Assembly: GCA_004366205.1 (NCBI GenBank)
Contig: SIRW01000094.1
Location: 492 to 64,491, forward strand
DNA from: Actinomycetota bacterium
Lineage (GTDB): Bacteria > Actinomycetota > Acidimicrobiia > Acidimicrobiales > CADCSY01
DNA length: 64,000 nucleotides
Reading direction: 5' to 3'
In this document: piece after piece, positions 46,018 through 55,502 of the stretch
Layout of the letters: the number at the start of each line of letters is the position of its first letter
Position numbering within the stretch: position 1 is the stretch's first letter
Program-made: the position numbers and the translations under genes
Notes under the pieces: model-generated
Databases searched by the model: none
What the model was told of the DNA's origin: nothing
What the model saw: the letters and a program-made list of their open reading frames with translations, nothing else

Positions 46018-47745
46018 CTACCGGGGCTTGTTGGGGAGCTGGGGCTCACCCTGGGGCCACTGCCCGAGGTCGTAGCGGCGCCCCTCGTTGAGGGCGACGT
46101 AGGAGCCCGGGCGGCCGTCGAGGCGGGACGGCGTGGTGTGGCTCCAGTAGACCTCGCGCATGTCGCTGATCCAGGTGTAGTCCCCCTCGCCGAACCGCCG
46201 GGTCTCGTGCTGGCCGCCACCGAGCGTGCCCAGGCGGCGGGCGCCCTGCTCGAAGGTGCCGGGGTTCAGGTTCGGACCGGCCATCTGGATGATGCCGCCG
46301 AGCATCTCGTAGTAGTGCCAGGCGAACAGGGCGGTGTTGTAGGGCTGGCCCGAGCGCCCGGTGGCCCGCCAGACGCGGGCGGCGTCGTTGTCCGAGAAGG
46401 GCTGGGGAGCGCCGAGCATGCTCAGGCCCCACGCCTGCTGCCACTGCGTGCCGGCCGAGCCGTAGATGCGGCCGAAGGCGTCGTGGTCCATGAGCCCGGA
46501 CCCGGCGAGGATGTACTCGGGCCGGTACTGGCGCTCCTCGGACGTGATGACCATGAAGTGGGGTGCGATGCCGTCGCAGATGCAAGAGATCGTCGTCACG
46601 TTGTTCTCCTGCATCCGGTCGATGCCGGCGTTGCGCTGCTCGTTGGCCCGGTCGATGTCCTGGGCGTACTGGTACTCGGCGACGACCCCGCTCCCGCAGT
46701 TGCGGACCATCTGCTTCAGCTCGTTCAGGACCTGCACGTTCGCCGGGTCGTCGGGCGTGATGATCCCCAGGCGCCGCTCCTGGAGGGTGAGCCGCGGGTC
46801 ACCGGCCTGCACGGCGTTGCCACCGGCGAGGCGCTTGCACCAGTACTCGGCGAGGTGCCGGGCGATCACCGAGCCGCTGATGCGGGTGTCCCACACGAAG
46901 GGGCGGCGGTTCTGCCGGAAGCTGTCGGGGAAGTGGTGGCCGCCGAGCGCGATCACCCGGTGGGCGGCCACCTCGTCGAAGAACGCGGAACCGAGCGGGG
47001 TGTTCCACAGCACGGCGAAGGGGCGGGTCTCGGCGATCAGCCGCCGGGCCTCGTCCCGCAGGCACTGGGGCTCGGGCGGCAGCAGCGGGCAGCTGCCGGT
47101 GAACTTCACCACCTCGATCTCACGCCCGTAGAACTCGTAGCGGCTGTTGAGGAACTCCAAGGCCGCCCGCTCGAACTCGTCGACCTCCTCGGCGTTCGCC
47201 GCCAGGTCCTGGCTCGCGAGGATGGCGTCGACCGCGGCGTTGGGGGCCGGCGCGTAGCGGGTGATGCGGATCTTGTCGGCGGTGACGCCCTGGTAGGTCG
47301 CGCCGCCGTTGTTGGCGCCCTCGGGGAACTTGCCGACACACGGCGGGGCGAAGGGGGTCACGTCGTGCTGGCGCCCGTCGCGGCAGTGGCTGGTGTCGCC
47401 CCCGCCGGCGGCGGCGCCGCCGCCGTCGCCGCGAGGTCCACCGCCCGCCTGGCCGCCGCTGCCCCCGGTCCCCTGCTGACGCCCCGGGGCGGCCCGCCGC
47501 TCACCGGTCTCGGGGTTCACGAACTCGCCAGTGGCCTCGTCGAGGACGAAGCCCTCGGCCTCGAGCTCGTCGTCGAAGCCGTTGGGGTCACCGGCGGCGA
47601 GCTCGTCGTCGAAGAAGCCGCCGTCGCCGCCGAAGGTCAGATCCGTCGCCTCGGGCGCCCGGGACGGGGCGATGGCGATGATCAGGAGCTGGACGACCAC
47701 GAGCGCGGCCAACGGCGCGTACCGCCTGGCCAACGACCGATTCAT
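46018..47745 (-). CDS. putative substrate-binding protein of the HAAT-type transporter, membrane-anchored, long, Cys-rich
   Basis: MNRSLARRYAPLAALVVVQLLIIAIAP (uncleaved anchor-like) from ATG 47745, preceded by GAGGGGG. An acidic/Gly-rich ~100-aa linker precedes a ~450-aa domain with 9 Cys. The family assignment rests mainly on operon position. Confidence 0.55.
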   Translation of the reverse strand: MNRSLARRYAPLAALVVVQLLIIAIAPSRAPEATDLTFGGDGGFFDDELAAGDPNGFDDELEAEGFVLDEATGEFVNPETGERRAAPGRQQGTGGSGGQAGGGPRGDGGGAAAGGGDTSHCRDGRQHDVTPFAPPCVGKFPEGANNGGATYQGVTADKIRITRYAPAPNAAVDAILASQDLAANAEEVDEFERAALEFLNSRYEFYGREIEVVKFTGSCPLLPPEPQCLRDEARRLIAETRPFAVLWNTPLGSAFFDEVAAHRVIALGGHHFPDSFRQNRRPFVWDTRISGSVIARHLAEYWCKRLAGGNAVQAGDPRLTLQERRLGIITPDDPANVQVLNELKQMVRNCGSGVVAEYQYAQDIDRANEQRNAGIDRMQENNVTTISCICDGIAPHFMVITSEERQYRPEYILAGSGLMDHDAFGRIYGSAGTQWQQAWGLSMLGAPQPFSDNDAARVWRATGRSGQPYNTALFAWHYYEMLGGIIQMAGPNLNPGTFEQGARRLGTLGGGQHETRRFGEGDYTWISDMREVYWSHTTPSRLDGRPGSYVALNEGRRYDLGQWPQGEPQLPNKPR

Positions 47746-47867
47746 GTGCACGACCCCCTCGGACGATGGTCCTGAGCTGTGTTGCGGTGGCACGGCGGGT
47801 GACGGCGGTCACGAGCCGTTCACGTCATCTATTCGCCGGACCCCGCCTGACTTCCTGCGTCCCAGGG

Positions 47868-48926
47868 TCAGGAACGGGCGCGGCCCGTGGGGCGGTCGTG
47901 CTCGTCGCGGATGTCGCCGACGAGCTCCTCCAGCAGGTCCTCGAGCGTCACGAGGCCGGCGGCCGTGCCGTCCTCGCCGGTCACCACGGCGACGTGCAGG
48001 CGGGCCCGCCGCATCGCCACGATCACCTCCCCCAGCGACCGTTCGGCGCCCACCACGAGCATCCGCCGCACCAGCCGGGGCGGGATGGCCCGGACCCGGG
48101 CGCGGTCGTCGAGGGCCAGCAGGTCCTTGGCGTGGACGTAGCCGAGCAGGTCGGCCCGGTCCCGACCCCACACGGGGATGCGGGAGTGGCCGCTCTCGAC
48201 CACGACGCGCTCGAAGCGGTCGGGCGCGGCGGTCGCCGGCAGCGACACCACCCGGTCGAGCGGCACCATCAGCGTGCCCACCGAGCGGTCGCGGAACCGC
48301 AGGGCGCCAGAAAGAAGGCGGTGCTCGACCTCTTCGAGCAGCCCTTCGCGCCGGGACGCCGCCAGCATCCGCGCGATCTCGTCGGCGGTGTGGGCGTCGA
48401 CCAGCTCCTGGCGGGGCTCGACCCCGCCGAGGCGGAGCACGCCGTTGGCCGTGGCGTTGAGCGCGCGGACCAGCGGGCGGAACACGGCCACGAACGCGGC
48501 CATGGGGAGGGCCAGCCACAGCGCCGAGCGCTCCGGCTCGGTGATGGCGATGTTCTTGGGGACCATCTCGCCGATCACCATGTGCAGGAACACCACGATC
48601 GACAGGGCCAGCACGAACGCGACCGTGTGGGTGGCGCCCGCGGGCAGGCCGAGCACGCCGAGCGGGCCCTCCAGCAGGCGGGCGACGGCGGGCTCGGCGA
48701 CGAACCCCAGGCCGAGCGACATCATGGTGATGCCGAGCTGCGACGCGGACAGCATGAGCGTCAGCTCGCGCATCGACCGCGCCGCCAACCGGGCGCGGAA
48801 GCTGCCCTCGCTCGCAGCCTGCTCGATGCGGGTGCGACGGGCGGCGACGAGCGCGAACTCGGCGGCCACGAAGAAGGCGTTCGCCAGCAGGAGCACGACG
48901 GCGGCGCCGAGGGCCAGCGCCGTCAC
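47868..48926 (-). CDS. CNNM/HlyC-CorC family transporter (DUF21 + CBS pair)
   Basis: VTALALGAAVVLLLANAFFVAAEFALVAARRTRIEQ... from GTG 48926 (GTGA overlap with the upstream paralog), with a CBS pair. The 638-aa track ORF is an out-of-frame extension. Confidence 0.85.
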   Translation of the reverse strand: MTALALGAAVVLLLANAFFVAAEFALVAARRTRIEQAASEGSFRARLAARSMRELTLMLSASQLGITMMSLGLGFVAEPAVARLLEGPLGVLGLPAGATHTVAFVLALSIVVFLHMVIGEMVPKNIAITEPERSALWLALPMAAFVAVFRPLVRALNATANGVLRLGGVEPRQELVDAHTADEIARMLAASRREGLLEEVEHRLLSGALRFRDRSVGTLMVPLDRVVSLPATAAPDRFERVVVESGHSRIPVWGRDRADLLGYVHAKDLLALDDRARVRAIPPRLVRRMLVVGAERSLGEVIVAMRRARLHVAVVTGEDGTAAGLVTLEDLLEELVGDIRDEHDRPTGRARS

Positions 48927-50218
48927 CGCTCGTCGCCGCCCCGACGTCGGTGCCCGTCCGGCGGGCCGGCGGCTGTCGCCGGCGGCGCCGTCACGCGGAC
49001 CGTCGCGATCCGCAGCCGGTCCCGGGCGAGCACCTCGAGGGTCCAGCCCTGCCAGGCCGCCTGCTCCCCTTCCTCGGGGATCCGCCCGAGGAGCGCGAGG
49101 ACGAACCCGGCGAGGGTCTCGTAGTCGCCGTCGGGGATCTCCAGCCCCGTGAGGTCGAGCACCTCGTCGAGGTGGAGCGTCCCGTCGAGCACCCAGGTGC
49201 CCGCCGGGAGGGCGGCCGTGAGCCCCGCCTCGGGCACCGGGTCGTGCTCGTCGTGGATCTCGCCGACGATCTCTTCGAGCACGTCCTCCAGGGTGATGAT
49301 GCCGGCCGTCCCCCCGTACTCGTCGACCACGACGGCGAGCTGCGTGCCCCGGCTGCGCATGTCGACGAGCAGCGACTCGAGGTCGCGCGTCTCGGGGATG
49401 GCCAGGGCGTCCTTCATGATCCGCGCCACCGGCGTCGACGACCGCTCGGCGGCGGGCACCCGGAACACGTCCTTGGCGAGCACCACGCCCACGATGTCGT
49501 CGAGCTCGTCCCGGTAGACCGGGAAGCGCGAGTACCCCGTCTCCACGGCGAGCGCCGCCAGCTCGGCGACGCTCTGCTCCGGACGGATCGCCGTGACCGA
49601 GACCCGCGGGACCATCGCCTCGTCGGCGGTCTTGTGGGCGAAGCGGAAGGTCCGGGTCAGCAGCGCCAGGGACTCGGGGTCGAGCGTGCCCTCCCGACCG
49701 GAGGACTGCACGAGCAGCTCGAGCTCCTGGAGCGTCCGCACCGACGTCAGCTCCTCGCGGGGCTCGATGCCCAGGCGCCGGCACGTGGCGTTGGCGGCGG
49801 CGTTGAAGAGGGCGATGAGCGGCCCCGCCACGAGCGTGTAGGCCCGCAGCGGCGCGGCCACGAGCAGCGACGCCCCCAGCGGGCGGGCGATCGCCCAGTT
49901 CTTGGGGACGAGCTCGCCGAGCACCATCTGCACGACCGTCGCCAGCCCCAGCGCCAGGGCGATCGACACGCCCAGGCTCGCCTGCTCGGGCACGAACGGC
50001 AGCGCCCCGATCAGCGGGTCGAGCAGCACGGCCACGGCCGGCTCGGCCACGAACCCCAGCACGAGGGAGCTGGCGGTGATGCCGAGCTGGGCGCCTGAGA
50101 GGTTGAACGAGAGGCGCTCCAGGCCCCGCAGCGCGAGGCGCGCTCGACGGTTGCCCTGGGCGGCGAGCACCTCGATGCGGTCGCGGTCGACGGCCACGAG
50201 GGCGAACTCGGCCGCCAC
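48923..50218 (-). CDS. CNNM/HlyC-CorC family transporter (DUF21 + CBS pair + CorC_HlyC)
   Basis: 431 aa from the first canonical start (GTG 50218). The DUF21 first TM helix (TIDTALGLGLVGALILANAFF) continues in frame upstream to about 50278, where the only candidate start is ATC (see findings). Confidence 0.85.
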   Translation of the reverse strand: MAAEFALVAVDRDRIEVLAAQGNRRARLALRGLERLSFNLSGAQLGITASSLVLGFVAEPAVAVLLDPLIGALPFVPEQASLGVSIALALGLATVVQMVLGELVPKNWAIARPLGASLLVAAPLRAYTLVAGPLIALFNAAANATCRRLGIEPREELTSVRTLQELELLVQSSGREGTLDPESLALLTRTFRFAHKTADEAMVPRVSVTAIRPEQSVAELAALAVETGYSRFPVYRDELDDIVGVVLAKDVFRVPAAERSSTPVARIMKDALAIPETRDLESLLVDMRSRGTQLAVVVDEYGGTAGIITLEDVLEEIVGEIHDEHDPVPEAGLTAALPAGTWVLDGTLHLDEVLDLTGLEIPDGDYETLAGFVLALLGRIPEEGEQAAWQGWTLEVLARDRLRIATVRVTAPPATAAGPPDGHRRRGGDER

Positions 50219-50489
50219 GAAGAAGGCGTTGGCCAGGATCAGGGCGCCGACCAGACCGAGTCCGAGTGCGGTGTCGATGGTGACCTCCGGCCGGGATCGT
50301 ACCGGGGGGCCGGGCCGGCGGGATTCTTCACCCGGATCTCGGCGCGAAGCGTGCGAAAACCGTACGAACCCGTCCAGGGGGTGATCGACAGGGGGGTCGC
50401 GGCGCGGGCTAGTCTCGACCCGCCGTGACGGGGGTCACTGACCTACCGTCCGGGGGACGAGCAGCGGACGAGGAAGGACCACGACATAC

Positions 50490-51431
50490 ATGCGGCTGTT
50501 CCTACGCAAGCTGCCAGCACTCATCGGCACCCTGCTCGCCGTCTCGTTCCTCACCTTCATGCTCACGAGCCTCCTGCCGGGCGATCCCGCCGTGATGATC
50601 CTCGGCCCCGACGCCACCGAGGCGTCGATCGAGCGGGTGCGCGCCGACCTCGAGCTCGACCGGCCCTTGCCGGTCCGCTACGTCAACTGGCTCGGCCGCG
50701 CCGTCACGGGCGACCTGGGACGGTCGTACCGGACCCGCCAGCCCGTGATGGAGGCGATCACCGAGCGATTGCCCGTCACCATCCAGATCGGGGTGATGGC
50801 CGTGACCATCGCCCTGCTCGGAGCGATACCGCTCGGGATGCTGTCGGCCTACAAGCAGGGCAGCGCCATCGACCGGACGATCACCGGCGCCGCCTTCGGC
50901 TTCCTCTCGGTGCCGAACTTCGTGATGGCGACGCTGCTGATCTTCGTCGTGGCGGTGCAGTTCGGGCTCTTACCGGCGACGGGGTGGACCAGGCTCACCG
51001 ACAACCCGATCGAGAACCTGCGAAGAGCCCTGTTGCCGGCGCTGTCGCTGGCGATCGGTGAGATGGCCGTCTACACGCGCCTGCTGCGCACCGACCTCAT
51101 CACCACCCTGCAGCAGGACTACGTGACGATGGCCCGGGCCAAGGGCATGTCCACGAACCGCATCATGCTGCGCCACGCGCTGCGACCGTCGTCGTTCTCG
51201 CTGATGACCGTCGTCGGCCTCCAGGTCGGCTCGATCATCGGCGGGTCGGTCATCGTCGAGACGATCTTCGCTCTGCCGGGCGTCGGGCGCCTGCTGTTCG
51301 AGTCGATCACCCAGCGCGACCTGATCATCGTGCAGGGGGTGGTGCTGTTCATCGCCACCGCCTACGTGCTGATCAACTTCATCGTCGACCTCCTCTACTC
51401 CTATCTCGACCCGAGGATCCGTCATGGCTGA
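50490..51431 (+). CDS. peptide/nickel (Dpp/Opp-type) ABC transporter permease
   Basis: 313 aa, MRLFLRKLPALIGTLLAVSFLTFML...LPGDP, typical DppB/OppB. Confidence 0.9.
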   Translation: MRLFLRKLPALIGTLLAVSFLTFMLTSLLPGDPAVMILGPDATEASIERVRADLELDRPLPVRYVNWLGRAVTGDLGRSYRTRQPVMEAITERLPVTIQIGVMAVTIALLGAIPLGMLSAYKQGSAIDRTITGAAFGFLSVPNFVMATLLIFVVAVQFGLLPATGWTRLTDNPIENLRRALLPALSLAIGEMAVYTRLLRTDLITTLQQDYVTMARAKGMSTNRIMLRHALRPSSFSLMTVVGLQVGSIIGGSVIVETIFALPGVGRLLFESITQRDLIIVQGVVLFIATAYVLINFIVDLLYSYLDPRIRHG

Positions 51432-52389
51432 GCACCAGCGCGCCGCCGACGCCGTCGCCACCGACACCGCCGCGGGGACCGTCGACGCCGACGGGGTCGG
51501 CACCGACGTCCCCACCGAAGCCGGCGAGCGGGCCGACGGCGCCGGATCCCGCCAGAAGAAGCGCCGAAGGAAGTTCGGCGTCGCCTTCTGGGCCGCCGTG
51601 GTGTGGCTGTCGATCGTGCTGTTCTGCGCGCTGTTCGCCACGTTCATCCCCGGCCTGCAAGACCCCATCCAGATCAACATCGCCAACAAGCTCAACCCTC
51701 CCTTCTCGGCCGAGAACCCCCTCGGCGGCGACGGCCTGGGCCGCGACATCCTCGCCCGCATCGTGCACGGCTCCCGGGTGTCGGTCACGATCGCCTTCTC
51801 GGCCGTAGGCATCGGCATGACCGTCGGCGGGATCCTGGGCATGTGCGTCGGCTACTTCCGGGGCCGCTTCGAGCGCTGGACGATGTCGGTGATCGACGTG
51901 ATCCTCGCCTTCCCCGGTCTCGTGCTGCTGCTCGCCCTCGTCGCCTACGTGGGCCAGAACCTGACCGCCATCGCCCTGGTCATCGGCCTGCTCTCCATCC
52001 CCGTCTACACCCGCGTGGCGCGGGCCAACACCCTCTCGGTGGCCCAGCGCGAGTTCGTGCTGGCCGCCAAGGCCATGGGCGCCAAGCACCTGCGCATCCT
52101 CGTGCGGGAGATCTTCCCCAACGTCGTGCTGCCGGTCATGGCCTTCGCCCTCATCGCCATGGGCGTGGTCATCGTCCTCGAGGGCGCGCTGGCCTTCCTC
52201 GGCCTCAGCGTGCAGCCCCCGACGCCGACCTGGGGGTCGATGATCAACGAGGGCCGCCGGCACTTCCGCGACGACGCCGCCCACGTGGCGCTGATCCCCT
52301 CCGCCGTCATGTTCCTCACGGTGCTGTCCCTCAACTTCGTGGGCGACACGCTCCGCAGCCGCTTCGACGTCCGGGAGGCCAACCTGTGA
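51424..52389 (+). CDS. peptide/nickel (Dpp/Opp-type) ABC transporter permease
   Basis: 321 aa, DppC/OppC-like (PLGGDGLGRDILARIVHGSRVS). Overlaps the upstream gene by 8 nt. Confidence 0.9.
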   Translation: MAEHQRAADAVATDTAAGTVDADGVGTDVPTEAGERADGAGSRQKKRRRKFGVAFWAAVVWLSIVLFCALFATFIPGLQDPIQINIANKLNPPFSAENPLGGDGLGRDILARIVHGSRVSVTIAFSAVGIGMTVGGILGMCVGYFRGRFERWTMSVIDVILAFPGLVLLLALVAYVGQNLTAIALVIGLLSIPVYTRVARANTLSVAQREFVLAAKAMGAKHLRILVREIFPNVVLPVMAFALIAMGVVIVLEGALAFLGLSVQPPTPTWGSMINEGRRHFRDDAAHVALIPSAVMFLTVLSLNFVGDTLRSRFDVREANL

Positions 52390-53503
52390 GCCCAGTCCGC
52401 CGGCGCCGCCCGCTGCTCGAGGGCAGCGAGTACGCCGGGCCCCTCCTCGAGGTCCAGGACCTCAAGACCTACTTCCACTCCCCCCGCGGGATCGTCAAGG
52501 CGGTCGACGGCGTCTCGTTCACGCTCGAGCGGGGCCGCACGATCGGCATCGTGGGCGAGTCCGGCTCGGGCAAGACTGTGCTCTCCCGGTCGGTGATGAA
52601 CATCCTGCCCCGCCAGGCCGCCATCCTGGCCGGCGGCAAGGTGCTGTTCGAAGGGCGCGACCTGCGGGCGCTGTCCCGGCGCAAGATGCGCGACATCTGG
52701 GGCGTCGAGATCGCCATGGTCTTCCAGGACCCCATGACCTCCCTGAACCCGGTCATGAAGATCGGCCCCCAGATCACCGAGTCGCTGCGGGTCCACCTGG
52801 GGATGTCCCGCAAAGAGGCGAACGAGACCGCCGTCGAGCTGCTGCGCTCCGTGGGCATCCCCGCCGCCGAGCGCCGGCTGAACGAGTACCCCCACCAGCT
52901 CTCGGGGGGCATGCGCCAGCGGGTGACCATCGCCATCGCCCTGGCGTGCGGACCCAAGCTGCTGATCGCCGACGAGCCCACCACCGCCCTCGACGTGACC
53001 GTGCAGAAGCAGATCCTCGACCTGCTCGGCCGCCAGCAGGAGGAGCGGAACATGGGCATGATGCTCATCACCCACGACCTCGGCGTGGTGGCCGGCCGCA
53101 CCGACCAGATCATGGTCATGTACGCCGCCAAGGCCGCCGAGATCGCCCCGACCCCCGTGCTGTTCCGCCACATGCGCCACCCCTACACCGAGGCCTTGCT
53201 CAACTCGATCCCCAAGCTCGAGAACCCGAGCCACACCCGGCTCCAGGCGATCCCGGGCCGGCCACCCGACCTGGTCAACCCACCGACCGGCTGCCGGTTC
53301 GCCCCCCGCTGCCGCTACGCCCAGCCCCGCTGCATCGAGGAGGAGCCGCCGTTGTTCCCGGGCGAGGTGGCGGGCCACGAGTACCGCTGCTTCTTCCCGG
53401 TCGGAAGCGACGAGAGCCGGGAGGCGCTCGAGCGCAACCTGGCCGCCGGCCACACCGCCGCGGGCACCCCGGTCGACATCGCCGGCGCGGAGATGGCGGT
53501 CTG

Positions 53504-53504
<1 letters not shown>
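52386..53504 (+). CDS. peptide ABC transporter ATP-binding protein (DppD/OppD-like)
   Basis: The GTG at 52386 overlaps the permease stop. GESGSGKTVL, LSGGMRQRVTIA, and a C-terminal oligopeptide-transporter Cys motif (CRFAPRCRYAQPRC). Confidence 0.9.
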
Positions 53505-54553
<1,049 letters not shown>

Positions 54554-54578
54554 GCCGGCCGGCTCGGGCAGGGGCGCC

Positions 54579-55298
54579 GTGATGGGTCCGGTGGAGATCG
54601 CCGTCGTCGCCGCCGTGGTGCTGGTGGGGGCGCTGCTGCAGGGGACGGTGGGCTTCGGCCTCAACCTGGTCGCCGCGCCCGTGCTGGTGCTCCTCGAGCC
54701 CCGGCTCGTGCCCGGCCCGCTGCTCTTGTGCGCCCTGGTGCTGACGCTCGCCATGACCTGGCGGGAGCGCCGCGCCGCCGACCTGTCGGGGCTCGGTTGG
54801 GCCATGGTCGGTCGGCTCCCCGGGACCGCGGCGGGCGCGGGTGCCGTCGCCCTCCTCCCCGCCCGGGGCCTGGCGCTCGCCTTGGGCGGGACCGTCCTGG
54901 CCGGGGTGGCCATGAGCGCCGCCGGTCGGCGCTTCCCGCCCTCTCGCCCCACGCTGGTGACCGCCGGCGCCGTGTCCGGGCTGATGGGCACGGCGACCTC
55001 GATCGGGGGCCCGCCGATGGCGCTGGTCTACCAGGACTCCCCCGGCGCCACGCTACGGGCGACCCTGTCGGCGTTCTTCGTCGTCGGTTCGGTGGTCTCG
55101 CTCGCCGCCCTGGCGGTCGTGGGCCGCTTCGGCGCCTGGGAGGCCACGGCCGGCCTGCTGCTGATGCCGCCCCTGCTCGCCGGCTTCGCCGTGTCCGCCC
55201 GTACCGGCGCCGCCGTCGACCGCGGCCGCACCCGCGTCGCCGTGCTGGCCGTCTCCGCGCTCGCCGGCCTCACCGTCGTCCTCGCCAACCTCCCCTGA
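54579..55298 (+). CDS. TauE/SafE family sulfite/anion exporter-like membrane protein
   Basis: 239 aa, multi-TM, with LLQGTVGFGLNLVAAPVL. Confidence 0.75.
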   Translation: MMGPVEIAVVAAVVLVGALLQGTVGFGLNLVAAPVLVLLEPRLVPGPLLLCALVLTLAMTWRERRAADLSGLGWAMVGRLPGTAAGAGAVALLPARGLALALGGTVLAGVAMSAAGRRFPPSRPTLVTAGAVSGLMGTATSIGGPPMALVYQDSPGATLRATLSAFFVVGSVVSLAALAVVGRFGAWEATAGLLLMPPLLAGFAVSARTGAAVDRGRTRVAVLAVSALAGLTVVLANLP

Positions 55299-55303
55299 AC
55301 CAG

Positions 55304-55354
55304 CACCCCAACCCCCACCCCCACCCCCAACCCCAAACCCCCAACCCCCAACCC
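55304..55354. repeat. 51-nt tract made only of C and A (CCCCA/CCCCAA-like units); its complement has eight G-runs
   Basis: Read directly: caccccaacccccacccccacccccaaccccaaacccccaacccccaaccc. Starts 6 nt after the TauE stop and abuts repeat copy B. Confidence 0.9.
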
Positions 55355-55404
55355 GTTCTGGGTGGCCCACCTCTCACGAGCGTGAGACCAGACCCACCCA
55401 GAAC
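55355..55404. repeat. 50-nt nested-hairpin repeat, copy B
   Basis: GTTCTGGGTGG-CCCAC-CTCTCAC-GAGC-GTGAGAC-CAGAC-CCACCCAGAAC. Confidence 0.9.
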
Positions 55405-55416
55405 CCGCCCCCACCC

Positions 55417-55466
55417 GTTCTGGGTGGCTCACGTCTCATCAGGGTGAGACCCGAGCCACCCAGAAC
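55417..55466. repeat. 50-nt nested-hairpin repeat, copy C
   Basis: GTTCTGGGTGG-CTCAC-GTCTCAT-CAGG-GTGAGAC-CCGAG-CCACCCAGAAC. Here GGCTC/GAGCC pair, which extends the outer stem. Confidence 0.9.
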
Positions 55467-55502
55467 CAAGACGGCGTGGGGGGCGCGGGTAGGTTGGCGG
55501 GC

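Noticed and set aside
47799-47812. GTGACggcgGTCAC inverted repeat upstream of the transporter operon as an operator
   Set aside because: A 5-bp GC-rich arm is expected by chance many times in 64 kb of this composition. There is no second copy or other support.
50279-50489. Riboswitch (for example Mg/Mn-type) in the 270-nt region upstream of the CNNM/CorC genes or the Dpp operon
   Set aside because: I could not recognise M-box, yybP-ykoY or other conserved cores by eye. There are some local GC hairpins only. A covariance-model search (Infernal/Rfam) would be needed.
55028-55432. Minus-strand ORFs encoding GVGGGGGGWG-type glycine runs (55028-55432, 55053-55370) and similar ORFs at 18134-18374
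   Set aside because: They are merely translations of the C/A tract and hairpin repeats. They overlap the TauE gene or intergenic repeats and have no coding features.
55304-55466. Possible CRISPR array (repeated palindromic units with a short spacer)
   Set aside because: Only two adjacent units, separated by a 12-nt gap. The repeat is a long hairpin that is not CRISPR-like in spacing, there are no cas genes in the window, and the third copy is solitary.
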